Positions 34,759 to 47,406 of a stretch of 64,000 bases of DNA are shown here, one piece after another; position 1 is the first letter of the stretch, and every line of letters starts with the position of its first letter. Made by a program: the position numbers and the translations under genes. The stretch comes from Candidatus Dormiibacterota bacterium. GTDB lineage: Bacteria; Chloroflexota; Dormibacteria; Dormibacterales; Dormibacteraceae. The notes below the pieces were generated by a model, which saw nothing but the letters and a program-made list of their open reading frames with translations, had not been told where the DNA came from and made no database searches. Where the stretch lies: the NCBI GenBank assembly GCA_955652675.1, contig CATPBP010000007.1:19354-83353 (forward strand), read 5' to 3'.

Positions 34759-37104
34759 TTATGGAGCTACGGACAGCTTCGGGACTGACTCAGGCTCGAG
34801 GGCCCAGGTCAGCACCTGTCTGACGTTGCTCGCCAGGTGGATTTCAATCTCGTCGCGGACCGCCTCCGGCAGGTCGTCCAGGTCGGGCTCGTTCCGCTGC
34901 GGGAGGATGACCTCCTTCAGTCCGGCCCGCTTGGCCGCCAGCACCTTCTGCTTGACTCCGCCGATCGGCAGGACCTTGCCCTGCAACGTCACCTCGCCGG
35001 TCATACCGACCGTCGAGCGCACCGGCCGTCCAGAGAGCAGCGAGACCAATGCGGTGGTCATCGTCACCCCGGCCGACGGACCGTCCTTGGGCACCGCGCC
35101 GGCGGGCACGTGGATGTGCACCAACTTGTCTCCGAAACCGGCTTCAAGTCCAAGCTCGTGGGCGTGTGATCGGACGTAGGAGAGAGCGATCTGCGCCGAC
35201 TCCTTCATGACGTCGCCCAGCTGCCCGGTCAGGGTCAAGCCCGACTTCGGCTCTCCTGGCATCGAGGTCGCCTCGATGAAGAGGACGTCGCCGCCCGCAC
35301 CGGTCACCGCCAGGCCTGTCGCCACGCCCGGCGTCTCCGTCCGCTCGAGGATCTCCTCGAACTGGAACCTTGGCTTGCCGAGAGCGTCCCGCACCAGCGG
35401 CGGTTCGACCGCCACAGGAACGATGGCACTGCCGGAGTCGATCCGGGTAGCCACCTTGCGGAGCAGCTTGCCCAGCTCGCGCTCCAGGCTTCGGACGCCG
35501 GCCTCACGCGTGTAGTCCGAGATCACCCGCTCCAGCGCGGCGTCGGAGATCGAGACCTCCCCCGCGTCCAGTCCGTTGCGCTCGAACTGGCGAGGCACCA
35601 GGTGCCGGCGGGCGATGCCCAGCTTCTCCTCCTCCGTGTAGCCGTCCAGCCGGATCAGCTCCATGCGGTCCAGGAGCGGCGCCGGGATCGTGTCGGCCAC
35701 GTTGGCGGTGGGGATGAAGAGCACCTCGGAGAGGTCCAGGTCGACCTCCAGATAGTGGTCGCGGAAGGTGTGGTTCTGGGCGGGATCCAACACCTCGAGC
35801 AGAGCCGAGGAGGGGTCGCCGCGCCAGTCGGCGCCGACCTTGTCGATCTCGTCCAGCATGATGACCGGGTTCTTGGTTCCGGCCTCCTTGAGGGCGCGCA
35901 CTATCCGCCCCGGGAGAGCTCCGATGTAGGTGCGCCGGTGCCCACGGATCTCGGCCTCGTCGTGGATGCCTCCGAGGGAGATTCGCGCGAACTTCCGTCC
36001 CAGCGACCGCGCCACCGACTCGCCGAGCGAGGTCTTGCCCACTCCCGGCGGCCCCACCAGCGTGATGATGGCGCCCGAGCCGCGGCCGCCCTGCTCGGGG
36101 ATGCCGCGCTCCTGCCGCCGCTTGCGGACTGCCAGGAACTCGATGATCCGGTCCTTGACGTCGCCCAGGCCGGTGTGGTCCTGGTCCAGGATCTGTCGCG
36201 CCTTGATCAGGTCGAAGTTGTCCTCGGTCCGCTGGTTCCAGGGGATGTCCAGCATCCAGTCCAGGAAGTTGCGGATCCAGCCGTACTCGGGGCTCTGCTC
36301 GCTCATCCGCTCCAGGCGGTCAAGCTCGCGGTCGAACTCCTTGCGGGGGGTCTCCGGCATGCCGGCGTCCTCCGCCCGCGTCCGGTAGTCGGCTACGACG
36401 TCGTTGCCACCCTCGCCCAGCTGCTTTTTGATGGCGTCCATCTGCTGGCGGAGGATGAACTCGCGCTGGTTCTTCTCCATGCGCTCGGAGACGTCGCTCT
36501 TCAGCTGCTCCTTGAGGGTCAGCTCGGCGAGCACCTCCTTGTACCAGGAGATCAGCTTCTCGAGCCGCTCTTCGACCCCGATCGTCTCCAGGATCTCGAC
36601 CTTGCGCTCGAGGGAGAAGTCGGGTGAGTAGCCGGACATGTCGGCCAGATGGCCGGGGTTCTCGATGCCCCGCAGCACCTGCGCGATCTGTTGGGCTCCG
36701 CGCAGCTCCAGGATGTTCTCGACCACGGCGCGGTACTCGTGTGCGAGCTCGCGTGCGCGATCACTCCAGCTCGTGGGGTCCGGCGAAGGCTGGACTTCTG
36801 CAAACAGGGGTCCGCCGGGCTCGGGCGTCACCGCGCCGAGGATCGCGCGCACGCGCCCCTGGACGACGACAACCTCGGTTCCGTCGGGCAGATTGCCGCG
36901 CTCGTCGATCTTGGCGATGACACCGACCGTGGAATAGCGGCCCTCCACCTTGGGGAGCAGGAGAACTAGGCCGTTGTCGCGTTGGGCAGCGTTGACCGCG
37001 TTCTCCACGTCACCTCCCTCGATGGGGATGGGCGCGTTCATGCGCGGAAGCACCACCGCCTGCGTCAGCGGCAGGACTGGCAGTCGTTGGGTTCGGTCTG
37101 GCAT
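34759..37104 (-). CDS. lon: ATP-dependent Lon protease (LonA)
   Basis: LON N-domain, AAA+ [14 protein letters not shown], protease serine context [11 protein letters not shown]. Start set at [13 protein letters not shown] with GAGGAG upstream. Confidence 0.95.
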   Translation of the reverse strand: MPDRTQRLPVLPLTQAVVLPRMNAPIPIEGGDVENAVNAAQRDNGLVLLLPKVEGRYSTVGVIAKIDERGNLPDGTEVVVVQGRVRAILGAVTPEPGGPLFAEVQPSPDPTSWSDRARELAHEYRAVVENILELRGAQQIAQVLRGIENPGHLADMSGYSPDFSLERKVEILETIGVEERLEKLISWYKEVLAELTLKEQLKSDVSERMEKNQREFILRQQMDAIKKQLGEGGNDVVADYRTRAEDAGMPETPRKEFDRELDRLERMSEQSPEYGWIRNFLDWMLDIPWNQRTEDNFDLIKARQILDQDHTGLGDVKDRIIEFLAVRKRRQERGIPEQGGRGSGAIITLVGPPGVGKTSLGESVARSLGRKFARISLGGIHDEAEIRGHRRTYIGALPGRIVRALKEAGTKNPVIMLDEIDKVGADWRGDPSSALLEVLDPAQNHTFRDHYLEVDLDLSEVLFIPTANVADTIPAPLLDRMELIRLDGYTEEEKLGIARRHLVPRQFERNGLDAGEVSISDAALERVISDYTREAGVRSLERELGKLLRKVATRIDSGSAIVPVAVEPPLVRDALGKPRFQFEEILERTETPGVATGLAVTGAGGDVLFIEATSMPGEPKSGLTLTGQLGDVMKESAQIALSYVRSHAHELGLEAGFGDKLVHIHVPAGAVPKDGPSAGVTMTTALVSLLSGRPVRSTVGMTGEVTLQGKVLPIGGVKQKVLAAKRAGLKEVILPQRNEPDLDDLPEAVRDEIEIHLASNVRQVLTWALEPESVPKLSVAP

Positions 37105-37173
37105 TTGTTGGTTCTTATCTCCTCTAGCGGGCTTACATTCCGTCAGCCCATGACTTGATGTACCCCACTCCGC

Positions 37174-37179
37174 TAGATT
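37174..37179 (+). promoter_or_regulatory. -10-like box TAGATT, 7 nt before a GTG (37187)
   Basis: Matches TANNNT with CTAG context, as at other starts in this window. Confidence 0.3.
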
Positions 37180-37501
37180 GAAAACCGTGGGCAGATACCG
37201 CTGCGGGGCAGGCCAGCTCCAGGTCTTGAGCCTGGTGGGCAAGCGCTGGACATTGCCCATCCTGGTCGCGCTGCTCGACGGCCCGGCCCGGTTCTCCGAG
37301 CTCGCCCGGGCTGTACCCGGGCTTTCCGAGCGGGTGATGAGCGAACGGCTCCAGGAGCTGAGCGAGGGTGGCCTGGTCCTGCGAACGATCGAGCCTGGCC
37401 CTCCCCTGGGGACGAGCTACCGCCTGACCCCGGCGGGGGAGCGGTTGAGGCCGGCTCTCCAGCACCTGCTCGACGCTGCCCTGGCCATCTCTCAGCCGTG
37501 A
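37178..37501 (+). CDS. HxlR-family transcriptional regulator
   Basis: LVGKRWTLPILVALLDGPARFSELARAVPGLSERVMSERLQEL. The likely real start is GTG 37187. Confidence 0.8.
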   Translation: MKTVGRYRCGAGQLQVLSLVGKRWTLPILVALLDGPARFSELARAVPGLSERVMSERLQELSEGGLVLRTIEPGPPLGTSYRLTPAGERLRPALQHLLDAALAISQP

Positions 37502-39471
37502 TCGGCCGCGGCGGCGGCCGTTTGGCCGGACTGGGCGGCGGACGCGCTGGTAACCTCGGCGGAGGCCGCCCTGGCGGCCCCGAGCCCAGCAGACCGAAGG
37601 GACGGGCGCCGGTGCGCCGGATCGTCAGGCTGTTCGAGCACTACAAGGCCCAGGTGGCACTCGCGGTGGCGGCCATCCTGGTCACCGCCGGTCTGGGCGT
37701 GGTCAACCCCCTCCTGATCAGGGCGGTGTTCGACCAGGCGCTCTTCTGCGGCCCGGGCGGCGGCTGCCCCAACCTGCCCCTCCTCTACAAGCTGGTCGCC
37801 CTGATGATCCTGATCCCACTGGTCACCTCTTTCATTGGGCTCGGGCAGACCCTGGTGACCAACCAGGTGGGGCAGAAGGTGATGGAGGACCTCCGCGACA
37901 CCCTCTACAGCCACCTGCAGAGCATGTCCCTGCGCTTCTTCACCTCCACGCGAACGGGCGAGATCCAATCCCGGCTCGCCAACGACGTCGGCGGCGTACA
38001 GACCGTGGTGACGAGCACCGCGGCGACCATCGTGTCCAACATCGTGACCGTGCTCAGCACCGTGGTGGCGATGCTGATCATCTCCTGGCCGCTGACCCTC
38101 ATCTCGCTTTTCTTCACTCCTCTTTTCGCCGTACTGACGCGGAGGGTCGGCCGGACTCGGCAGCAGGTCGCCCGGGAGGCGCAGGAGTCCAAAGCCGAGA
38201 TGAGCGCCATCACCGAGGAGACGCTCTCCGTCTCGGGCATCCTGCTCACCAAGGTCTTCGACAGGCAGCGGGACGAGGTCGCGCGCTTCCGCAAGGAGAG
38301 CCGGCGGCTGGCCGAGCTCTCGGTCCGCCAGGTGATGGTGGGCCAGTCCTTCTTCGCGCTAGTCCAGGCCTTCTTCTCGATCACTCCGGCCCTGATCTAC
38401 CTGGCCGCAGGTCTCGCGCTGGCCGGCCATCTCTCGCCGATAAGCGCCGGGACGCTGGTCGCCTTCACGACGCTCCAGACCAGGCTCTTCTTCCCCGTCG
38501 GGCAGATGCTGCAGGTCACGGTCGAGGTGCAGACCTCGCTGGCGCTCTTCGAGAGGGTGTTCGAGTACCTCGACCTGCCCTTCGACCTCACCGACCGTCC
38601 TCACGCGCGCCGCTTCAAGCCACAGGAGGTGCGCGGGCACGTTCGCTTCGACAACGTCTATTTCCGTTACGACGGTGATCCCAGCCCGGAGGCGCAAGAG
38701 CGTGACGGCCCTCGCCGGAACTGGGCGCTCGAAGGGCTCAGCCTGGACATCAAGCCCGGGCAGCTGGCCGCCATAGTGGGGCCGAGCGGGGCCGGCAAGA
38801 CCACGATCTCCTACCTGGTGCCCCGGCTCTACGACGTCACCCGCGGCGCTGTGCGGGTCGACGGCCTGGACGTCCGCGACGTCCTCATGAGCTCGCTGGC
38901 CGAGGCGGTGGGGATGGTCACCCAGGAGACCTACCTGTTCCACGCCAGCATCCGCCAGAACCTCCTCTACGCCCGCCCGGACGCGAGCCAGGACGAGCTG
39001 GAGGCGGCGGCGCGGGCGGCGCTCATCCACGATCGAATCATGGAGTCGCCCGAGGGCTACGACACCATGGTCGGGGAACGGGGATACCGCCTCTCGGGGG
39101 GCGAGAAACAGCGGATCGCGATTGCCAGAGTGATCCTCAAGGACCCGCGCATCTTGATCCTCGACGAGGCGACCAGCGCTCTCGACACCAACAGCGAGCG
39201 CATGGTGCAGACGGCGCTCCGCCCGCTCATGCGGGACCGCACCACGATCGCGATCGCCCATCGGCTCTCGACCATCCTCTCCGCGGACGTAATCTTCGTC
39301 CTCGACAGGGGCAAGCTGGTCGAGCGAGGGACGCACAAGGAGCTGGTCGCCCAGGGAGGGCTCTACGCCGAGCTCTACCAGCAGCAGTTCCAGGGCGGGC
39401 TGGTCGAGGCGCGGTGCGAGGACGGGGTGGTGCTCTCCAGCGGCGAGGTCGTGAACACCCGGTCGGGCTGA
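37498..39471 (+). CDS. ABC exporter, fused permease-ATPase (MsbA/multidrug type)
   Basis: Six-TM domain followed by an NBD (GPSGAGKTT, LSGGEKQR, ILILDEATSALD, IAHRLST). GTGA overlap with the hxlR stop. Confidence 0.9.
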   Translation: MIGRGGGRLAGLGGGRAGNLGGGRPGGPEPSRPKGRAPVRRIVRLFEHYKAQVALAVAAILVTAGLGVVNPLLIRAVFDQALFCGPGGGCPNLPLLYKLVALMILIPLVTSFIGLGQTLVTNQVGQKVMEDLRDTLYSHLQSMSLRFFTSTRTGEIQSRLANDVGGVQTVVTSTAATIVSNIVTVLSTVVAMLIISWPLTLISLFFTPLFAVLTRRVGRTRQQVAREAQESKAEMSAITEETLSVSGILLTKVFDRQRDEVARFRKESRRLAELSVRQVMVGQSFFALVQAFFSITPALIYLAAGLALAGHLSPISAGTLVAFTTLQTRLFFPVGQMLQVTVEVQTSLALFERVFEYLDLPFDLTDRPHARRFKPQEVRGHVRFDNVYFRYDGDPSPEAQERDGPRRNWALEGLSLDIKPGQLAAIVGPSGAGKTTISYLVPRLYDVTRGAVRVDGLDVRDVLMSSLAEAVGMVTQETYLFHASIRQNLLYARPDASQDELEAAARAALIHDRIMESPEGYDTMVGERGYRLSGGEKQRIAIARVILKDPRILILDEATSALDTNSERMVQTALRPLMRDRTTIAIAHRLSTILSADVIFVLDRGKLVERGTHKELVAQGGLYAELYQQQFQGGLVEARCEDGVVLSSGEVVNTRSG

Positions 39472-39515
39472 TCTTCCGGACCGGCACGTAGGGAAACTCA
39501 AAGAAAGGAGCCGTC

Positions 39516-40382
39516 GTGCGACCAGGGGAGGGGCCGGCCTACACATTCGAGATGACCCCTTCACTGGCGGGGGTCTGGACGCTGCTGTCCATGGTCCTCC
39601 TGGCCGCCGCCATCGGCGCCGTCGCCCTTCTCTACGACGCACTCGGCCGGCAGTTCTCCGGGGGGCCGGCCGGACTCCTGCTCTGGCCGCTGGCGCTGCT
39701 CGTCACGCTTCCTCTCCACGAGCTGGTCCACGCGGTGTTCGTGGTCATCTATGGAGGCCGCCCGCGGTTCGGGGCCGGCGTCAAGGGCGGGATGCCCTAC
39801 CTCTACGTGACGGACCCCGGGCGCCGTTTTGGCCGCAACCAGTTCCTCGAGATCGCGCTCGCCCCACTGGTGCTCATAGATCTCGCGGCTCTGGTCCTGC
39901 TTTTCCTACAGCCGACCTGGACCTGGGCGGCCGTGGCATTCGTGGTCAACACGAGCGGAGCCATAGGCGACCTCTGGGTCTCCGGACTGCTGCTTCGCTT
40001 TCCTCCCTGGGCTCTGGTCGAGGACCGGAAGGACGGGTTCGCGGTCTGGCCTCCCCTCGGCCAGGACGAGGCCGGGCTGCGGCGCGCCGCCCCTCGACAA
40101 CACGTTCCGGCTCCCCCCTGGCTGGGGATCTGGCTCTTCGCCGCCGGTGCCATCTTCGCCGTGCTGCCCTTCGCCACCATCACCCTGGTGGCCTGGGTCT
40201 CGCCGGCGAGCGGCACCCACACGCTGGGCCTGGGGCCGCTCGCGCTTGTCACAGTGCAGCACTCCGCAAGAGGTGCGGCGGTCCAGCTCAACCTCCTCCT
40301 GATGTCCGCCCTGGCGGCCGTGCTGGCGGCCCCCGTCACCCTTGCCTGGCGGCGATGGCGCCAGCCCCGGCGATCTCGCTGA
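39516..40382 (+). CDS. DUF3267-like membrane protein (putative zincin)
   Basis: LPLHELVHAVF motif and several TM helices. AAAGGAG lies 6 nt upstream of the GTG. Confidence 0.6.
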   Translation: MRPGEGPAYTFEMTPSLAGVWTLLSMVLLAAAIGAVALLYDALGRQFSGGPAGLLLWPLALLVTLPLHELVHAVFVVIYGGRPRFGAGVKGGMPYLYVTDPGRRFGRNQFLEIALAPLVLIDLAALVLLFLQPTWTWAAVAFVVNTSGAIGDLWVSGLLLRFPPWALVEDRKDGFAVWPPLGQDEAGLRRAAPRQHVPAPPWLGIWLFAAGAIFAVLPFATITLVAWVSPASGTHTLGLGPLALVTVQHSARGAAVQLNLLLMSALAAVLAAPVTLAWRRWRQPRRSR

Positions 40383-40408
40383 CCCGTGGCGACCGGCTCG
40401 GGTACTTT

Positions 40409-41293
40409 ATGCGCGGCATGATCGCGGGGATCGACCTGGGAGGGACGCAGGTCAGGGTCGCTCTGGCTCGTTCGGACGGCCAGATCGTCTCCTTGGCGCG
40501 CACCCGGACGGCTCTCCTCGGCAGCCCGGAGCGGCTCGTCGAATGGGTGGTAGACCAGATCCGCCGCCGGGACACAGGAGAGCCTTTGCGTGGTGCGGCG
40601 ATCGGGGCGCCGGGGCCGATCGACAAGAAGAACGGCGTCCTGGTCAACCCGCCCAACCTTCCAGGCTGGAGCGAGGTGCCACTCGCCGCGATGCTTTCGG
40701 AGCCGCTCGGGTGTCCGGTCTTCGTCGAGAACGACGCAAACGTGGCGGCCGTGGGCGAGTTCCACCGCGGAGCCGGCCGGGGCTTCCGAACCATGGTCTA
40801 CATCACCTGGAGCACCGGCGTGGGCGGCGGCGTGATCCTGGACGGCCAGCTCTTCTCCGGAGCGCATGGGACAGCCGGCGAGATCGGGCACATGGTGCTC
40901 GATCCCAACGGCCCCTTGGACTCCTGCGGGCAGCACGGCTGCCTGGAGGCTTTCTGCGGCGGTGGCTCTCTGTCCAGGCAAACAGGCGAATCCACGGCCG
41001 AGCTCTTTCAAGCAGCAGCTGCGGGAGACCGCGAAGCGGCCGAGATCGTGGGCCGGGCGGCCACCTACATGGGGCACGCGCTTGTGAGCCTGTCCAATCT
41101 GATCGATCCCGAGGTGATCGTGATCGGGGGCGGGATCAGCCGGTCCTGGAAGCAGGTGGCGCCCGTCTTCATGTCGGTGCTGCGGGGTTCGCCCTTCATC
41201 AAGCCCGCCCGGCGGCCGCGGGTGCGGCGGGGTCAGCTCGGCGACAGGGCGGGCCAGGTGGGCGCCGTCGAATGGGCACGGACCCACCCCTGA
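40409..41293 (+). CDS. ROK-family sugar kinase (glucokinase-like)
   Basis: IAGIDLGGT, ENDANVAAVGE, and the CGQHGCLE zinc motif. Confidence 0.85.
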   Translation: MRGMIAGIDLGGTQVRVALARSDGQIVSLARTRTALLGSPERLVEWVVDQIRRRDTGEPLRGAAIGAPGPIDKKNGVLVNPPNLPGWSEVPLAAMLSEPLGCPVFVENDANVAAVGEFHRGAGRGFRTMVYITWSTGVGGGVILDGQLFSGAHGTAGEIGHMVLDPNGPLDSCGQHGCLEAFCGGGSLSRQTGESTAELFQAAAAGDREAAEIVGRAATYMGHALVSLSNLIDPEVIVIGGGISRSWKQVAPVFMSVLRGSPFIKPARRPRVRRGQLGDRAGQVGAVEWARTHP

Positions 41294-42630
41294 GCGGATC
41301 CCCGGCGACGCTGGATCCGGCCCTGGCGCTTCTCGGGCAGGCGGCTCGCGAGCTCGGCCTACGCGCCTGGGTGGTGGGCGGCTACGTCCGCGACCACCTG
41401 CTCGGACGCGTCCCTGGCGAGCTTGACGTGGTAGTAGAGGGCGACGCACTGAGGCTGGCCGAACGCTTCGCGCAGCTCACGGGAGCGCGCCGGCCAGTGC
41501 TGTTCCCGCGCTTCGGCACCGCGCAGGTGACCTGGCAGGGGCGGCTGGTCGAGTTCGCCACTGCGCGGGCCGAGTCCTACTCTCCCGACTCTCGAAAGCC
41601 CAAGGTCCGGCCGGCGACGCTCGAAGAGGACCTGCTGCGGCGCGACTTCACGGTGAACGCGATCCTGATGGACTTCGAAGGCCAGGTATACGATCCCCTG
41701 GGCGGCGTGGCCGACCTGGAGCGGCGCTTGCTCCGCACGCCCCGCGACCCCCTGGTGACGTTCAAGGACGACCCGCTGCGGATGCTGCGAGCGATCCGGC
41801 TGGCCGTTCAACTCGGGTTCGAGCTCGATCCGGCCCTGCTTCCTGCGATGCAACGCCTGCGTGAGAGGGCGCGGCCGCCGGTGCTCTCGGTGGAGCGCGT
41901 GAACGAGGAGCTGCGCAAAGCGATGGTCTCGGAAGACCCACGCCGAGCCCTGGAGCTCCTGGACGCCGGCGGCCTCATGGAGATGCTGATGCCCGAGGTC
42001 TCAGCCTGCCACGGAGTGGAGCAGGGCGGGTGGCACACGCACGATGTCTTCGGACACACGCTGGAGACGGTGCAGAACACGGAGCCGGACCTGGTGCTGC
42101 GCCTGGCGGCGCTCTTCCATGACGTGGGCAAGCCGCCCACCGCCACTCCCGACGGCGCCTTTCACGGTCACGACGAGATCGGGGCGGGCATGGCGCGAGA
42201 GGCGCTTACCCGCCTCCGCTTCTCGAACGCCGAGGTGGAGGAGGCGGCGAGGCTGGTGCGGCTCCACCTGCGGCCCGTCTTCTACAGCTCGGAGTGGGGC
42301 GACGGTGCCGTGCGCAAGCTGGCCCGGGATGCCGGCCCCCTGCTGCCGAAGCTTCTGGCCCTGGCCCGGGCGGACATCGCGGCCTCGGCGTATCCCCACG
42401 GTGACAAGCTCGATGAGCTGGAAGAGCGGCTCCGCTCAGTCCTGAGCGAGGCGCCGAGCCGGATGCATATACCGGTCACCGGGCGCGACATCATGGCAGT
42501 ACGAGGCATCGAAGCAGGCCCCGAAGTGGGTCGTTTGAAGGCGCGTCTGGAAGAGCTGGTGCTGGAAGGCACGCTCCCGCCTGAGCGCGAAGCCCTGCTC
42601 GCGTATCTGCGAGATCAGGAGGAGTCCTGA
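41272..42630 (+). CDS. cca: CCA-adding enzyme / tRNA nucleotidyltransferase with HD domain
   Basis: VVGGYVRD, ELDVVVEGD, RRDFTVNA, and the HD region HDVGKP. The 762-aa track ORF is an upstream run-on. Confidence 0.85.
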   Translation: MGTDPPLSGSPATLDPALALLGQAARELGLRAWVVGGYVRDHLLGRVPGELDVVVEGDALRLAERFAQLTGARRPVLFPRFGTAQVTWQGRLVEFATARAESYSPDSRKPKVRPATLEEDLLRRDFTVNAILMDFEGQVYDPLGGVADLERRLLRTPRDPLVTFKDDPLRMLRAIRLAVQLGFELDPALLPAMQRLRERARPPVLSVERVNEELRKAMVSEDPRRALELLDAGGLMEMLMPEVSACHGVEQGGWHTHDVFGHTLETVQNTEPDLVLRLAALFHDVGKPPTATPDGAFHGHDEIGAGMAREALTRLRFSNAEVEEAARLVRLHLRPVFYSSEWGDGAVRKLARDAGPLLPKLLALARADIAASAYPHGDKLDELEERLRSVLSEAPSRMHIPVTGRDIMAVRGIEAGPEVGRLKARLEELVLEGTLPPEREALLAYLRDQEES

Positions 42631-42668
42631 GACCACGGTGGGAAGATGCCGGTTTGCCCCAGGTGGGC

Positions 42669-42674
42669 TAGACT
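42669..42674 (+). promoter_or_regulatory. -10-like box TAGACT upstream of the BMP/nucleoside ABC operon
   Basis: gCTAGACT context, about 50 nt before the ATG at 42726. Confidence 0.3.
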
Positions 42675-42725
42675 GTCCGCCGGCGCGCGGGCGGCGCCCA
42701 CGCAATCTTGGGGAGTGCAAACAGA

Positions 42726-43787
42726 ATGAAGGCTTTCCGGCAAGTGGCGGTCCTGGCGGCCGCAGCAGTGATCGCACTGGCATGCGGTGGGAGCGGAGGT
42801 GGGACCTCAGGCGGAGGTAGTAGCAGCAGCTGCTCCAAGACCTACAAGGTCGGACTGGTCACCGACGTCGGCAAGCTCAGCGACAAGTCGTTCAACTACG
42901 ACTCCTGGCAGGGCGTTCTCAACGCCCAGAAGGACTCCAGCCTCTGCGTCCAGGCGCGTGCCATCGAGTCCAGCACCCAGGAGGACTACCCGAAGAACAT
43001 CGCGCAGTTCGTGGACCAGAAGTACGACATGGTGGTGACTGTCGGCTTCAAGCTGGGTGACGCCACCATCGCCGCCGCCAAGGCGAACCCGACCGTCAAA
43101 TTCGCCATGGTCGACTACGCCGACTTCACCGACAAGCCGCCGCCGACCAACCTGGTCGGGCTCGTGTTCCAGGAGGATCAGCCCGGGTTCCTGGCCGGCG
43201 CTCTCGCCGGGCTGCAGACGAAGTCCAACACCATCGCCTACGTGGCCGGCCTTGAGTCCGTCCCCGCGGTGGTCAAGTATGTGAAGGGCTACACCAACGG
43301 GGCCAAGATGACCAACCCCAACGTGAAGGTCCTGGGCATCTACCAGCCGGAGAGCGGGCCCAAAGACTTCAACGACCCGGACTGGGGCCTGCAGCAGGCG
43401 AACACGTTCTTCGGCCAGGGCGCTGACATCATCTTCGGCGTCGGGGGTAACACCGGCAACGGGGCTCTCCTCGCCGCCAAGCAGAAGAGCAAGACCTGCA
43501 TCGGGGTCGACGTCGACCAGTTCGTCAGCTACCCGGACGTGGCGAGCTGCCTGATGACGAGCGCGGAGAAGCACTTGGACATCGCGGTCAAGCAGTCGAT
43601 CACGAACATGGTCAAGAAGAGCTGGCAGAGCGGCACGCTGACCTTCGACGCCAAGAACAACGGCGTAGGCATCGCCCCCTACCACGACTATGACTCCAAG
43701 GTGTCGACCGACGTGAAGGCCAAGGTCTCCGACATCGCCACCAAGCTGAAGGAAGGCAGCCTCGCGACGGGGGTGAGCACACCGTAG
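42726..43787 (+). CDS. BMP-family (PnrA/Med-like) ABC substrate-binding lipoprotein
   Basis: Signal peptide with lipobox IALAC, Gly/Ser linker, and family motifs (VTDVGKLSDKSFN, GFLAG). Confidence 0.85.
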   Translation: MKAFRQVAVLAAAAVIALACGGSGGGTSGGGSSSSCSKTYKVGLVTDVGKLSDKSFNYDSWQGVLNAQKDSSLCVQARAIESSTQEDYPKNIAQFVDQKYDMVVTVGFKLGDATIAAAKANPTVKFAMVDYADFTDKPPPTNLVGLVFQEDQPGFLAGALAGLQTKSNTIAYVAGLESVPAVVKYVKGYTNGAKMTNPNVKVLGIYQPESGPKDFNDPDWGLQQANTFFGQGADIIFGVGGNTGNGALLAAKQKSKTCIGVDVDQFVSYPDVASCLMTSAEKHLDIAVKQSITNMVKKSWQSGTLTFDAKNNGVGIAPYHDYDSKVSTDVKAKVSDIATKLKEGSLATGVSTP

Positions 43788-43807
43788 CCGAGGCCGCTGC
43801 CCCGGCC

Positions 43808-45304
<1,497 letters not shown>

Positions 45305-45328
45305 GCAAAGAAAGAGGGAGGAGGGGAA

Positions 45329-46429
45329 TTGAGCCGTCGCTGGCGGCAGCTGTTGATCTCGGCGGTGGTCGTGCCGCTGGCCTCGGTGGTGGCGGGCTTC
45401 CTGGTCGGCGCGCTCGCCATCCTGGTGACCGGTTCTGACCCGATCCAGGCTTATTCCGCCCTGTTCGCGGGCGCCTTCACCAACCACAACGCCGCGGCTG
45501 AGACGCTCGTGAGCTCGATACCTTACGTCTTCCTAGGCTTGGGGGTTGCGCTGGGTTTCCGGGCCGGCCTCTTCAACATCGGCGCCGAGGGCCAGTTCTA
45601 CGTGGGTGCGCTGGCAGGGGTCTTCGTCGCCTTCAGCGTCCACCGCCTGCCCGGCATAGTCGAGGTGCCCCTGGCGCTGCTGGTGGGGATGGCGGGCGGC
45701 TTCTTCTGGGCCGGGATCGCCGGGGTTCTGAAGGCCACCACGGGGGCCCATGAGGTGATCACCACGATCATGCTCAACTACATCTCCTTCCTGCTCGCCA
45801 GCTTCCTGGTGAACACCAAGGGCCTCCTCCTGGCGCCGAACGTCTCCACACCCCGGACCCCCGACGTCGACCCGGCGGCGGTCCTTGTCACCCTGATCCC
45901 GGGCAGCCGGCTGCACGCCGGACTCCTCCTGGCCCTGATCGCGGTCCCCATCGTCTGGTTCCTGATCGAGCGCACCACGATCGGCTTCAGGATCCGGGCG
46001 GTCGGCTTCAACATCGACGCGGCCCGAACCGCCGGCATCTCGGTCCGGCGAACCATCGTCATCACCATGGGCCTCTCGGGGGCCCTGGCGGGGCTGGCCG
46101 GCATCGTCCAGGTGCTCGGCGTCAACAAGCACATGACGGACACGGTGGCGGCCGGCTACGGCTTCGACGCCATCGCGGTCGCGCTGCTGGCGCGCAGCAA
46201 CCCCTGGGGCGTGCTGCCGGCGGCCTTGCTCTTCGGGGCGCTGCGCAACGGGGCCAGCTTCATGCAGCTCGAAACGCAGGTCTCGTCCGACCTGATCTCG
46301 ATCATCCAGGCCTCGGTGATCGTCTTCGTGGCCGCCCCGGTGATAGTGCGCTGGCTGCTGCGGCTCCGGGAGGCGCCGGTCCAGACCCTTCAGATCACCC
46401 AGCGCGAAGAGGTGGAGACGACCAGCTGA
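45329..46429 (+). CDS. ABC transporter permease (BMP-type importer)
   Basis: 366-aa polytopic ORF. TTG start 2 nt after GGGAGGAGGGG. Confidence 0.85.
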   Translation: MSRRWRQLLISAVVVPLASVVAGFLVGALAILVTGSDPIQAYSALFAGAFTNHNAAAETLVSSIPYVFLGLGVALGFRAGLFNIGAEGQFYVGALAGVFVAFSVHRLPGIVEVPLALLVGMAGGFFWAGIAGVLKATTGAHEVITTIMLNYISFLLASFLVNTKGLLLAPNVSTPRTPDVDPAAVLVTLIPGSRLHAGLLLALIAVPIVWFLIERTTIGFRIRAVGFNIDAARTAGISVRRTIVITMGLSGALAGLAGIVQVLGVNKHMTDTVAAGYGFDAIAVALLARSNPWGVLPAALLFGALRNGASFMQLETQVSSDLISIIQASVIVFVAAPVIVRWLLRLREAPVQTLQITQREEVETTS

Positions 46430-47361
46430 TGGCGGAGCTGCTGCAGCGGATCGACCTGGTCGGCCTGCTCGCGGCCACGCTGGTCACGGCGACGCCCCTC
46501 ACGCTGGCGGCGCTGGGCGGGATGATGTGCGAGCGCTCGGGAGTGGTCAACATCGCGCTCGAGGGGATCATGCTGACGGGTGCCTTCGTCGGCTACGCGG
46601 TGGCCTTCACCACACACAACCTCTGGCTCGGCGTGCTGGCGGCCATGATCGCGGGGACCGGCATCGCGGCCATTCACGCGGTGCTTTCGATCTCTCTGCT
46701 GGTCGACCAGATCGTGAGCGGAACGGTCATGAACATCCTCGCGGTGGGGATCACGGGAGTCTTCTATCGGAACTTCATCGAGCAGGCCACCGTGGCCGGC
46801 CCGGGCACGCTGCCGCACTGGAACGTCCCGCTGCTATCCCAGATCCCGGTGATCGGGCCCATCTTCTTCCAGAACCAGTTCGTCACCTACGCGATGCTGG
46901 TCTTGATCGTCGTGGTCCACTTCGTGCTCTTCCGCACTAGATGGGGTCTGCGCACCCGCGCCTGCGGCGAGCACCCGAGGGCGGCGGAGACCGCAGGCAT
47001 CAACGTCTACTTCGTCCGCTACGTGAACGTCATCGCAAGCGGGGCCCTGGGCGGCCTGGGGGGCGCTTACTTCTCGCTCCAGCAGATCGGCAACTTCCTG
47101 CCCAACGTGACGGGCGGCCGGGGCTTCATCGCACTGGCGGCGATGATCGTCGGCAAATGGACTCCGCTGGGGGCCTTCCTGGCCTCGCTCCTCTTCGCCG
47201 GCTCGGACGCCGTGGGCAGCCGGCTACAGATCTACGGTGTGCACCTGCCCATACAGTTCTTGGGTATGCTGCCGTACGTTGTCACCATCGTGGTGGTTGC
47301 AGGGGCTTTGGGCCGGGCCGTGGCGCCGGCCGCCGTCGGGAGGCCATATCGGAAGAGCTGA
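46429..47361 (+). CDS. ABC transporter permease (BMP-type importer)
   Basis: 310-aa polytopic ORF. ATGA-type overlap with the preceding permease gene. Confidence 0.85.
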   Translation: MAELLQRIDLVGLLAATLVTATPLTLAALGGMMCERSGVVNIALEGIMLTGAFVGYAVAFTTHNLWLGVLAAMIAGTGIAAIHAVLSISLLVDQIVSGTVMNILAVGITGVFYRNFIEQATVAGPGTLPHWNVPLLSQIPVIGPIFFQNQFVTYAMLVLIVVVHFVLFRTRWGLRTRACGEHPRAAETAGINVYFVRYVNVIASGALGGLGGAYFSLQQIGNFLPNVTGGRGFIALAAMIVGKWTPLGAFLASLLFAGSDAVGSRLQIYGVHLPIQFLGMLPYVVTIVVVAGALGRAVAPAAVGRPYRKS

Positions 47362-47406
47362 TGCCCGAAGCGGAGATCCAACCCTTCTAGAGGACTGGAA
47401 GAAGAC

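Noticed and set aside
37105-37177. A heat-shock operator (CIRCE or HAIR) upstream of lon.
   Set aside because: There is only a weak partial resemblance (CTTGATG…ACTCCGC) to the HAIR half-sites, and no TTAGCACTC-N9-GAGTGCTAA. This is not enough to call.
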